Part shown: one piece after another, positions 9,417 to 17,895 of the stretch | Layout: every line of letters starts with the position of its first letter | Numbering within the stretch: position 1 is the stretch's first letter | Origin: an archaeon | Lineage (GTDB): Archaea > SpSt-1190 > DYHY01 | Direction of reading: 5' to 3' | Assembly: GCA_043803745.1 (NCBI GenBank) | Contig: JAZDJS010000021.1 | Coordinates: 25,357 to 89,356, forward strand | Length of the DNA stretch: 64,000 nt | Program-made: the position numbers and the translations under genes | Notes under the pieces: model-generated | What the model saw: the letters and a program-made list of their open reading frames with translations, nothing else | What the model was told of the DNA's origin: nothing | Databases searched by the model: none

Positions 9417-10163
9417 TTAGGAATACTTGCCCGTTGAAACCGTCCCGAACCAGGGCCTCACTTCAACTGCAACGCTCGGATAATTCTCCCCGACCTTTTC
9501 AAACCGGAAAAGCGTTGCGTTCTCCGGGCAACCCGGACCTATTTCGGTGCAGAGGCAGAGGTCGAGGCGCTTGCCAAGCGGCAGTTTGTCCGGAAGAGTC
9601 GACCGGTTCCAGGAAACCGACGAATTGTCAATTGAGAAAACTATCCTGTCCAAGTCCTCGCGGGGAAGCACTATTTTCCCTGTGTTCCTCAGTTCGGCGC
9701 AGAGAATCGGCCCCTCGTGCCAGATTAGTTCCAAGCTATAGGAAGTCAGCTTATCCCTCTTCAGGTCGGAAAGCTGGAGGGGAGGCTCATTCGGCCCGAT
9801 AATATCTGCGATGTGAAAGTCAGGAATTGAGAGGATTATCCCGAAATAGAGGATTAACGGAACCAGGGCAATCAGGGCGATAGGAAGTATTTTCATCAAA
9901 AGCGGAGCCTTCTTGGCCCGCCGTATCCGCTCGAGCTGGAGATATTTCGAGTTCTGATACTCCTTTATTTTTCCCGTGACAACTGCCTCGCCCTCGAAAT
10001 CAGGTCCCCAGGCATAGATTGTGTCGCTCGTGTCGGTGATTGTGAGCCAACCTTCCCCGGCCGGCTTTACGAGCCCGCTGACCTTTGCGGAAGAGTCCAC
10101 TGGCAGTGCCAAGGCTTCCGAAACTTTCATCAGCGGCTCCAAAGGGGCTTTTTGCTCCGGCAT
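9417..10163 (-). CDS. Membrane protein: N-terminal OB fold, TM helix, then an archaellin-associated/Ig-like domain
   Basis: AKVSGLV..LTITDTSDTI..VTGKIKEY (OB fold), a hydrophobic helix, then LRNTG. Confidence 0.6.
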   Translation of the reverse strand: MPEQKAPLEPLMKVSEALALPVDSSAKVSGLVKPAGEGWLTITDTSDTIYAWGPDFEGEAVVTGKIKEYQNSKYLQLERIRRAKKAPLLMKILPIALIALVPLILYFGIILSIPDFHIADIIGPNEPPLQLSDLKRDKLTSYSLELIWHEGPILCAELRNTGKIVLPREDLDRIVFSIDNSSVSWNRSTLPDKLPLGKRLDLCLCTEIGPGCPENATLFRFEKVGENYPSVAVEVRPWFGTVSTGKYS

Positions 10164-10352
10164 TTTCCGCTGAACCCCGGATTTCCGTGCTTATAATGTT
10201 TGTCGGTTTTCGGGAGCGCCGCTCTTCGAGCTTGGACTCTGCTGAAATTGGTGGGGGCCTGTCAGAAATTCCGACAGGCCCTGTTTCCCTTGGGAGGGGG
10301 GAAAATGAGCAACCGGAGGAATTTTTGTCCAATATAGTATAAAAGGCTTTTG

Positions 10353-10371
10353 GTTGTATGGAGCATACAAC
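10353..10371. promoter_or_regulatory. Palindromic operator candidate
   Basis: GTTGTATG-GAG-CATACAAC is a perfect 8-bp inverted repeat between two TATA-like boxes upstream of a wHTH gene. Confidence 0.55.
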
Positions 10372-10460
10372 AGGAATCATTTATAAGTGCTGGCTGCTAT
10401 TTATTCCAGGGGGGTAAAACCAACTTGACTGCTTCGTCCGGACAGGGTCCAAACCGCCGC

Positions 10461-10793
10461 ATGGAGGCGATAACTCGGACCTTTGTCAACACAATCAGGC
10501 AGGTGACGCCGACCTACCAGAGGAGGATACTCTGCTTCCTTGCGAAAAACCCCGGGAAGAAATTCACCAACATCCAGGTTTCCCAGTCCCTTTCCGAGGA
10601 CAGGAGCAACATCTGGAGATTCATGAACGCGATAATCGAGGACTCCGGGGAGCATGCGATGATTGACAAGATAATCGAGGGCGGGGACATCTACTATAGC
10701 TGGAAGGAACCGAAGATAACGATAGACGGGCTGAAGATCTCAGAAATATTGCGCGTGCTTGAGGAGCTTGAGAAGGAGGCGGAAGAAAAGTAG
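10461..10793 (+). CDS. Winged helix-turn-helix protein
   Basis: RRILCFLAKNPGKKFTNIQVSQSLSEDRSNIWRFM followed by a beta-wing. Confidence 0.7.
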   Translation: MEAITRTFVNTIRQVTPTYQRRILCFLAKNPGKKFTNIQVSQSLSEDRSNIWRFMNAIIEDSGEHAMIDKIIEGGDIYYSWKEPKITIDGLKISEILRVLEELEKEAEEK

Positions 10794-10795
10794 AA

Positions 10796-11428
10796 ATGGA
10801 ATTCGCCCAGACATTCAGGCTTGCCTCGTTCGGTCTTGTAGGGATTCTTGGACTGGCGCTTACCCTGCTGCGCCTGGGCAAGGTTGGAAAGCGGCGACCT
10901 TGGCTTTCGGTTGCGGGGATCGGACTTTCCCTTTCATTCGGCTTTTACACTTTCGCAGAGCTCTACGGGCTTTTCGGGGAACCTGAACGGGAGTTCATAC
11001 ATGCTGCGAGCTTCCTGTTCTTCTGGGCGCTTGCAACGGTCAATTTGCTCGGCTGCCAGAGAAGCACGTTCGTTCTTCCCGTGCTTGAAACGGGCGCTGC
11101 CGCAGCAGTCTCCTGGCTTGTGCTCGGAGAGAAGGGGCTTTTCTTCGCCGCAATTGTCGCGCTCGGGGTGACGATGCATTTCACCTCCCTTTACCACGGA
11201 TTGCTCCGCAGGGTCAACGCCCTTTCGACCGCGCTCAATTTCGGCGTTGTGCTCTGGATGTTCCACGTTTTCGCGCTCTCGACGGGAGCTTCGCCGCCAG
11301 TCTGGCTCGACATCCTGAGGGGGCTCATTGCCCTTGCCTGCCTTTTCCTTTATTTCAGGTTTGCCTCGCCCCAGATTCTGCAGACAAGGATTCAGGCCAA
11401 CGCGCTCAAGAAGGCGTTCAAGGTTTGA
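10796..11428 (+). CDS. Multi-TM membrane protein
   Basis: About 7 hydrophobic segments; starts 2 bp after the wHTH stop codon. Confidence 0.7.
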   Translation: MEFAQTFRLASFGLVGILGLALTLLRLGKVGKRRPWLSVAGIGLSLSFGFYTFAELYGLFGEPEREFIHAASFLFFWALATVNLLGCQRSTFVLPVLETGAAAAVSWLVLGEKGLFFAAIVALGVTMHFTSLYHGLLRRVNALSTALNFGVVLWMFHVFALSTGASPPVWLDILRGLIALACLFLYFRFASPQILQTRIQANALKKAFKV

Positions 11429-11441
11429 GAAAATAAAGAGT

Positions 11442-12038
11442 TCAAAGGGAGCCGCCGCTAACGATTAACTCCCCATTTTCCTGAACGGACACTAGTGTGA
11501 ATTTCTCATTGACGTAAATTGCCTGCTGCCCGCAAATTTCCGGGTTAAATCCCTTGTAGACTGCATCAACCTTCCTTGCCAAATCGGAACTCTTGTAGCT
11601 TAAGGCGGAGCGCGCCAGCCCCTCCACAAACTTACTCTCATCATATGAACCGTTAAAAGAGATTATAGGAAATCTATCTATTTCAATCAATCGAGTTTCG
11701 AATTTTCCTCCCCTGCGCGCCATCGTGTAAATGAAACCTTCATAAGGCGAAATGCCAAAGCAAACGTCGGTTTTTTCAGCAGATTCAGGTTCCAATTTGG
11801 CACTTTTTAATTTCTCAGCTAACTCTTCAAAAGTTTTTGCACCCGCCAAGTCAAGATGATTGTACTCACCGGGCTTTTCGTTAGGGAGAATGAATGCTTG
11901 TTTTTTGTCAGATGTCAGGTGTATTTCTAAGGGAGGTACGTTAGGAATAGCATAAGAGGCTAACGCAGCACTAGTCGTAGGTTCGTCTGTTGTCGCAATT
12001 GCTGAAACGTAACAGTTCGGGACTTCTGAATCGTCCAT
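11442..12038 (-). CDS. Hypothetical protein, AT-rich relative to its flanks
   Basis: About 200-aa ORF with visibly lower GC than the neighbouring genes. Confidence 0.65.
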   Translation of the reverse strand: MDDSEVPNCYVSAIATTDEPTTSAALASYAIPNVPPLEIHLTSDKKQAFILPNEKPGEYNHLDLAGAKTFEELAEKLKSAKLEPESAEKTDVCFGISPYEGFIYTMARRGGKFETRLIEIDRFPIISFNGSYDESKFVEGLARSALSYKSSDLARKVDAVYKGFNPEICGQQAIYVNEKFTLVSVQENGELIVSGGSL

Positions 12039-12061
12039 AGCTAGTAAACAATCCAACTTCC

Positions 12062-12400
12062 TTATAAGCTTTTCGCCACTGCGAAATGGTATTCAAATCT
12101 TGAACTTGTCCTTGCCAAAATCCGTATTCTTCCGCCGGGGGAAATCGCAATTCCGTCTTTCGAAAGGAGGGCTTGCTTGCGAAAAACACCGCCCGGGCCG
12201 GAATAGTTCCCGATTCTCCCGTCCGAGAGGACGACCTTGTAGCAGGGGATTTTGTCCGGGTTTGGATTCTTCCTCATCAGGGTCCCGACTGCCCGGGCTG
12301 CCCGGGGCGAGCCCGCCGCCCTTGCAAGGGCTGAATATGTTGTGACCTTTCCCTTTGGGACTTTCTTGAGGAGGGAATAGACCTTTTCGGAGAAATTCAT
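12062..12400 (-). CDS. ogt: O6-methylguanine-DNA methyltransferase family protein (C-terminal domain only)
   Basis: VPKGKVTTYSALA, AARAVG, NP..IPCYKVV (a PCHRV variant). Confidence 0.85.
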   Translation of the reverse strand: MNFSEKVYSLLKKVPKGKVTTYSALARAAGSPRAARAVGTLMRKNPNPDKIPCYKVVLSDGRIGNYSGPGGVFRKQALLSKDGIAISPGGRIRILARTSSRFEYHFAVAKSL

Positions 12401-12466
12401 TTCTTTTCAAAAGTTTTTAAACTGCCTGGTAGAAATGCTTTTCCAACAGGCAAGGAACTGTCCCAA

Positions 12467-13489
12467 ATGAATCCAAAATCTAGCGACGCATTCATCGAGA
12501 AATCCCTCCCAAGGAAACAGACGAAAGAAGGCATTGAGACGCTCCTTGGCAAGCCGAAATTCGCATATGATGTTGAAGCGATAAATTCGGCGATAAATTC
12601 TCCCGCCTGGGACCTCCTTGACAGGGGCGGAAAGAGATGGAGACCGCGGCTTTTCTCCCTCATTGCCGGGGCTTTCGGGAAGCGGGATCCCTGCGGGCTT
12701 GAGGCTCTTGTGGAAATAGTCCACAGCGGCACCCTGATTGTTGACGATGTCGAGGATTCCTCGGAAAGCCGCAGGGGCAAACCAGCTCTTCACACAATCT
12801 ACGGAACAGACGTTGCGATAAATCTCGGGAACACACTATATTATCTCCCGCTGAAGCGGGTTCTTGCTGCTAGAATTCCGGGGAAAATGAAACTGGAAAT
12901 CCTCGAGACATATTCGATTGAGATGATCAGAATCTCGCACGGCCAGGGGCTTGACATCTGGTGGCACAGGCACGGGAAAATCCCGACGGAGAAGCAGTAT
13001 CTGCAGATGTGCGCATACAAGACCGGCACGCTCGCGCGGATGGCTGCGGAATTCGCGGGGATTGTCGCGGGGCTTGACAGGAGGAAACGGAAGGTCCTCG
13101 GGGAATTTACCGAATCCCTTGGGGTCGCCTTCCAGATACAGGATGATTTGCTTAACCTTGTCGGGGATTTCGGAAAATACGGAAAGGAAATCGGCGGCGA
13201 CATCACTGAAGGGAAGAAGACGCTTGCAGTCATTTTCGCTGTCGGAAAGCTCGGGAAGGAAGAGGCAAGCGAGCTGGAAAAGATAATCGCGGAACACACC
13301 AAGGAACCCGGGAAAATTGAGCGGGCAGTCAGGCTGATCAGGAAATCAAAGGCAATCGAATATTGCAGGGAGAAGGCAAGAGAGCTTGTAAAGGTATCTT
13401 GGGCGAAGGCTGAGAATGTCCTGCCCCCTTCCGAAGAGCGGGAAGAGCTTGGGCGGCTTGCAAGGTTCCTTATTGAAAGGGATTTTTGA
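12467..13489 (+). CDS. Polyprenyl (geranylgeranyl) diphosphate synthase
   Basis: GGKRWRP, DDVEDSSESRRG (FARM), GQGLD, KTG, FQIQDD and GGDITEGKKT motifs. Confidence 0.93.
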   Translation: MNPKSSDAFIEKSLPRKQTKEGIETLLGKPKFAYDVEAINSAINSPAWDLLDRGGKRWRPRLFSLIAGAFGKRDPCGLEALVEIVHSGTLIVDDVEDSSESRRGKPALHTIYGTDVAINLGNTLYYLPLKRVLAARIPGKMKLEILETYSIEMIRISHGQGLDIWWHRHGKIPTEKQYLQMCAYKTGTLARMAAEFAGIVAGLDRRKRKVLGEFTESLGVAFQIQDDLLNLVGDFGKYGKEIGGDITEGKKTLAVIFAVGKLGKEEASELEKIIAEHTKEPGKIERAVRLIRKSKAIEYCREKARELVKVSWAKAENVLPPSEEREELGRLARFLIERDF

Positions 13490-13556
13490 ATTACCATACC
13501 CGGAACCGGCAAGTCGAACCGACAAGTATTTTAGCCCCGTTTGCCGCTGCAAGCGG

Positions 13557-14075
13557 ATGGCAAAGATTGCGCCGGCAAGCTTCTTCAAGGCGGGGGATTT
13601 CTCGGAAGGGGTCCTGGCGGAAATGAAGGAAACCGCAAGATTCATCTTCGAAATGGAGGGTTTCCAGGAGGCTTTCGCAACGAGGAAGGGATTCACCAAA
13701 ATGGATCTCAAGGGGATTGGGAAAATCCTCAAGCCGGAGGAAATCCTCCTTGGCGCGCCCTATATCGAAAACTTCTCCTTCGTCAAGAAGGAGGGAGAAT
13801 ATCCTGGAACCCTGATAATCCTCCGGGACAGGCTGATTTTCCACACAACCTGCGCATACCGGCTTTCCGGGGCAACGGGGAATGGGAAGGAAGGGGAGCT
13901 TGCGAGGATGAAGGGCGAGGTCGTCGCAAAGGCGAATTCCAAGAACCTCTATTTCGAGGGTTCGCTGGAAAAATTCTCATTCACCCGGCTTGCGGATTTC
14001 TCAAAGCTGAACACAATCGGGTTCATGCAGGATGTGAAGAGCGCGCTTTACGGGCTTGAACTGAAAGCTTTTTAA
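13557..14075 (+). CDS. Hypothetical protein
   Basis: 172-aa ORF with host-like codon usage. Confidence 0.65.
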   Translation: MAKIAPASFFKAGDFSEGVLAEMKETARFIFEMEGFQEAFATRKGFTKMDLKGIGKILKPEEILLGAPYIENFSFVKKEGEYPGTLIILRDRLIFHTTCAYRLSGATGNGKEGELARMKGEVVAKANSKNLYFEGSLEKFSFTRLADFSKLNTIGFMQDVKSALYGLELKAF

Positions 14076-14097
14076 TTCCCCGGAGAGGTTTACTAAG

Positions 14098-14286
14098 ATG
14101 GCTGGCAAGGAAGAACTCAACGTCTGCTGCCGAAGGAGACCATCCGGACTGGGGATTTTCCTGATGCTTCTGGGCGCGTTCTTCCTGCTCCAGGAGTACG
14201 GCTTTCTTCCGAAGAACCTTCCGGTTTTCCCGCTTGTCCTGATTATCGGCGGACTTTTCCTAGTTATAACGAGCGTTCTTGGATGA
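14098..14286 (+). CDS. LiaF/LiaI-TM-like (DUF5668-like) small membrane protein
   Basis: GIFLMLLGAFFLL...FPLVLIIGGLFL. Confidence 0.7.
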   Translation: MAGKEELNVCCRRRPSGLGIFLMLLGAFFLLQEYGFLPKNLPVFPLVLIIGGLFLVITSVLG

Positions 14287-14319
14287 CCCGCAGCGCAGGA
14301 GAGTTCCCGGACCGCGCGC

Positions 14320-14511
14320 CTATTTCTTCTCAGGCATCACGATCCACGCGATTATGTATGCCAAGAGTCCGGCTCCGCCGGCAAGGCAGAAGAATATCCA
14401 AAGGAGCCTTATGAGCGTTGGGTCAACTCCGAAATACTCGGCAAGCCCGCCGCAGACTCCGGCGAGTTTCCGGTTCCTCTTCGACCTATAGAGATTTTTA
14501 ACGCGCGCCAT
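14320..14511 (-). CDS. pspC: PspC-domain protein
   Basis: LYRSKRNRKLAGVCGGLAEYFGVDPTLIRL...YIIAWIVMP. Confidence 0.92.
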   Translation of the reverse strand: MARVKNLYRSKRNRKLAGVCGGLAEYFGVDPTLIRLLWIFFCLAGGAGLLAYIIAWIVMPEKK

Positions 14512-14580
14512 CCGAGCAAAGGGCAACCCTTGCTTAAAAATAGATTGGCCGCCGGTCTCCCCGGCGGCCGCTCAATTTTC

Positions 14581-14910
14581 TCAGAATTTCTGTTTCTTGA
14601 CGAAGGGACCCACGATCGGGAGCTCGAACGTTTTTCCCTGGTATGCCTTGAACATGCAGTAAATCCACAAAATCAAACAACCCAGCCCCCATATTGAGGT
14701 GAGAATTCCCCCGATTAGCGGGAATATCCCAAGAACCCAGAAAATCGCATACGCAGCAACTGAAACAACTATCGACTGCAGCGCGTGGAAACGCACCGAC
14801 TTGCTCTTCTTTTCAGCCAAAAGGAACGCCAGTCCCGTAATGAAACCAAGCAGGTATGCCAGTGCACCTTCCAACTTTTCATCTAATCCTAGAGATGTAT
14901 TCTTTGCCAT
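14581..14910 (-). CDS. DUF4870-family membrane protein
   Basis: GALAYLLGFITGL..EK..VRFHALQSI..KAYQG..LPIVG. Confidence 0.85.
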   Translation of the reverse strand: MAKNTSLGLDEKLEGALAYLLGFITGLAFLLAEKKSKSVRFHALQSIVVSVAAYAIFWVLGIFPLIGGILTSIWGLGCLILWIYCMFKAYQGKTFELPIVGPFVKKQKF

Positions 14911-15084
14911 AGTTGCCACCGCAGACGGTGCTGATTTATGTAGTTTTGGGTTTTGGCATTCGAATCCATCTATTTTGGGCAGTTGGGGGATTTCCTCGAG
15001 AAGCGGATCGGGAGCTCTTTGCTCGGGCGGGACCGCTTGAAAATAAAAAATTGGGGGATTTCTCCCCCGTTGCATAGAAAAGCC

Positions 15085-15564
15085 TTACAGACTCTGCCGC
15101 ATTCCGCGGGTTCCAGGGCTCTGGAACCTTCTTCCGCCGAATCGGCTCCGTCCGCCACTTCCGCCACCGAATGGGCGGGGCGGGCGTTCGACCTGGCGGT
15201 CGGAAAGGTTGTTGTCCATCTTCACGTCTGCGATTTCCTCTGTCGCGGGCGTGATTTTTCCGTACTTGCCCGGGTTGAGCCGCATCGACGTTTCGAAAAC
15301 GGTTATCCTTGCGTTCGTAATGTCATAGGTCTTTCCGGCCTCAATCTGGTTGATTGAGTCGTCCCACAGGCTCATTACAATGCATCCTGTTTCGTCGCCA
15401 ACTAGGAACTCGGCAACCTTGTGGCTGCTTCCGTCCATCTTGGAAACTACGTCCTTTTCGTTCTTCTTCTCTACAACCTTCACCCTTGCGTTAATTTCCT
15501 TTGAGTTTACCCCAAGGGTTTCCAGTTTTACTGCTGCCTGTTGTGTTTGTCCTTGTTCTTCCAT
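15085..15564 (-). CDS. ssb: Single-OB-fold single-stranded DNA-binding protein with a Gly/Arg-rich tail
   Basis: VAEFLVGDETGCIVMSLWD..ITNA..LNPGKYG, then a GGGSGGRSRFGGRR tail. Confidence 0.88.
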   Translation of the reverse strand: MEEQGQTQQAAVKLETLGVNSKEINARVKVVEKKNEKDVVSKMDGSSHKVAEFLVGDETGCIVMSLWDDSINQIEAGKTYDITNARITVFETSMRLNPGKYGKITPATEEIADVKMDNNLSDRQVERPPRPFGGGSGGRSRFGGRRFQSPGTRGMRQSL

Positions 15565-15717
15565 TTTGTTACTTGTTCACTTCTCTTTTTTTGTTTTTTA
15601 AAACAGCTGCTCGTCGCTTCTTTTTTTTTCTTCAAAAAATTTCCGCTTCTTCGCTTCGCTGCTTGGGAACGGTTCGCAAACACGCTTTATTAAGCTATTT
15701 GATGGGCGGATTTTGGG

Positions 15718-16362
15718 CTATACGATTGCTCGGTATGCTTCCGAAACTCTTGAAACCTCGGCTGAAAAACTTTCCTCAAGGAATTGGGTTATTCCCGGAA
15801 TGTGGGAAAGGCTACTTGGGAGAAGGCGCCTTGCTTCCTCGGCAGCTGAGAGAATCCTCCTGTTGAACTCAATTTCGTGGAAGGTCAAATATGCGCTTGC
15901 AAGCTCGTAGACTGAAGAGACCTCCGGGCGAATTTCCTTGGCTTGCACCTCTTCCGGCTTGATTTTTGGCCTGCCGTTATGGAGATAGCTCAGGAATTCA
16001 TCGGCTGCGGAAATTCTTCCCTCGAAATTCCCATCAAGCCCGTCAATTAGAAGCCGGTCCTGAATATTAGCCAGGAGGGAACTTAACTTTGAGTATTCTG
16101 ATTCCCTCAAGCCATATGTCCTTTTCGCAACTTCCTTGAGGACCCAGTTTAAGCAGGCAAGTGCGTGTTCCCCTGCCCTGTTTGATTCAGCTGATTTGAC
16201 TAGCGAAAGAAATCCCCGGGCCTCCCTGAAATTGTAATCTTCTGCATTTTCAAAAGCATATTCCGAAAAGAGGCGCGCCCGGGCAAGGTCGCCCTCCTCA
16301 AAGGACTTCCTCGCAATTCCCAAAAGCGTCTGGTAATCCATCTGTGGCGCCATTTTTTTCAC
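15718..16362 (-). CDS. Hypothetical alpha-helical (TPR-like) protein
   Basis: 214-aa helical ORF overlapping its upstream neighbour by 4 bp. Confidence 0.65.
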   Translation of the reverse strand: MKKMAPQMDYQTLLGIARKSFEEGDLARARLFSEYAFENAEDYNFREARGFLSLVKSAESNRAGEHALACLNWVLKEVAKRTYGLRESEYSKLSSLLANIQDRLLIDGLDGNFEGRISAADEFLSYLHNGRPKIKPEEVQAKEIRPEVSSVYELASAYLTFHEIEFNRRILSAAEEARRLLPSSLSHIPGITQFLEESFSAEVSRVSEAYRAIV

Positions 16363-17003
16363 TCGGTAATTCCAAGCATTGTCGGGTATCTCGAAACCTC
16401 TTCCATCCCTACGCTCTTCATCATTTCCCAGGAACGCGCATAGACGTTGTTAGGAGGAATCCCAAGTTCAGCTCCCAGGGAAATCCGCCGCTCGCAGTCG
16501 GCAAGATAGTCCTTCTCAATTTCATATTTGGCTGAAAGGAAGATTCTCTCAATCCGCCGATGAGCGGCCTTCCCCGAAATTCCGGGGGTTGCAGCAGCCC
16601 ATCTTTCAGTTAGTTCGGCAAGCAACTCGGAAAACGCGAGGGCAATCGAGTCGGTTGCAACAAGGTCTGCTTTCGAATTCGCTATTGTGGTCAGCCCAAA
16701 GTTTCCGGCAAGCCGCGCCTCTTCCTGAACCAATTCGGAAACGTGTGTCCAGTCCGCGGAGCGCATCCCAAGGTCGGCATATTTTCCTTCGCTTGTGCAC
16801 TCGGCTGCAAGGGCAAGAAGGCGTCCCATCTGATACGCTGCTTTCCTTGCCAAAACTGCTTCGTGAACTTTCTCCGCGTCAGCAGACCCTTCCCTGAAAA
16901 GGGCGGCCCTTACGGCATATGTTTCGGCAGCTGGAAAATCATTTTCCTTGAGAGCCGCCTCGGCCTTTTCGATGCAGGATTCACAAGTCATAGGTTCAGG
17001 CAT
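16359..17003 (-). CDS. Hypothetical alpha-helical (TPR-like) protein
   Basis: 214-aa ORF rich in Ala and Glu. Confidence 0.65.
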   Translation of the reverse strand: MPEPMTCESCIEKAEAALKENDFPAAETYAVRAALFREGSADAEKVHEAVLARKAAYQMGRLLALAAECTSEGKYADLGMRSADWTHVSELVQEEARLAGNFGLTTIANSKADLVATDSIALAFSELLAELTERWAAATPGISGKAAHRRIERIFLSAKYEIEKDYLADCERRISLGAELGIPPNNVYARSWEMMKSVGMEEVSRYPTMLGITE

Positions 17004-17028
17004 TTGACCACTTCAAAGTCGCTTATTT

Positions 17029-17886
17029 TTAAACTTTCCCGTCCTTTCCGGAACTGAAACCCTCTATTTCCTTCAGGACTGCTGCGGCAAGGGGGCGCTC
17101 GAAACCGAAGAAGCCGTGCTCGCCCTCGACGAAGAGTATCCTTGCGCCGGGAAGCCTTACGGAAAGCTCTGCTGTTCGCGCGCGGGTGTTGAAAATCTCT
17201 ATCAGGAAATCCCCCTTCCCGATAAGGAAGGTTGTCGGGCATGAGATCTTCTCTGAGAAATCCATTATCGGGGGGGTTGAAATGAATTTCCTCTCGGCTG
17301 AAACGAGGTCCCTTGCCCTGAGCTTGTAGAGGGAAATCGGGTCTTTTGACCTTGACCTGTCGTGGATTTCCTGGGGAAGCTCGACAAGGAACTTTTCAAG
17401 GAACTTGCTGATTGTCGCGTGCTTCTCGAACCTGAAAACCACGGGGGAGGATATTGCAACAACCCCTGAAATCCGCTTGTCCTCGGCAGCGGTCCTCAGG
17501 CAGACATATCCCCCGAGGGAATGGCCGACGAGGAAGATTTTCAATCCCGCTTCATCCACCAGGCCAAGCTTCGAAACAAGGAAATTGAGCGCAATTGAGA
17601 CGTCCGGAACCATCTGCTCAGGGTCGAAATAGTCCCCGAACTCCCCCGTTGCGGAATCGGTGCAGGAACGCCCGTGCCCGCGGGCGTCGTAGGAGGCAAC
17701 CGCGGTGTCCGGCAGTCCGAGCAGGGCGCGGATTATCTCCTGCTGGAACGGGGGGAAGAAGGCGTCGACCCAAAGCCCGTGGTGGAAAAGCACAAGTGTC
17801 CCGACCCGCTTTTCCTTCGGATAAGTCAGGTTGCCAACTATTTTCACTCCGCCGGTCCCCTGGAATGAAAATTCCTCTGAAATCAT
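17029..17886 (-). CDS. Alpha/beta hydrolase
   Basis: HHGL, YDARGHGRS, GHSLGG, GKGD and GEHGF motifs give the catalytic triad. Confidence 0.9.
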   Translation of the reverse strand: MISEEFSFQGTGGVKIVGNLTYPKEKRVGTLVLFHHGLWVDAFFPPFQQEIIRALLGLPDTAVASYDARGHGRSCTDSATGEFGDYFDPEQMVPDVSIALNFLVSKLGLVDEAGLKIFLVGHSLGGYVCLRTAAEDKRISGVVAISSPVVFRFEKHATISKFLEKFLVELPQEIHDRSRSKDPISLYKLRARDLVSAERKFISTPPIMDFSEKISCPTTFLIGKGDFLIEIFNTRARTAELSVRLPGARILFVEGEHGFFGFERPLAAAVLKEIEGFSSGKDGKV

Positions 17887-17895
17887 CCCCCAACT

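Noticed and set aside
12062-12400. Inactive ATL-type alkyltransferase-like protein
   Set aside because: The acceptor Cys is retained (PCYKV).
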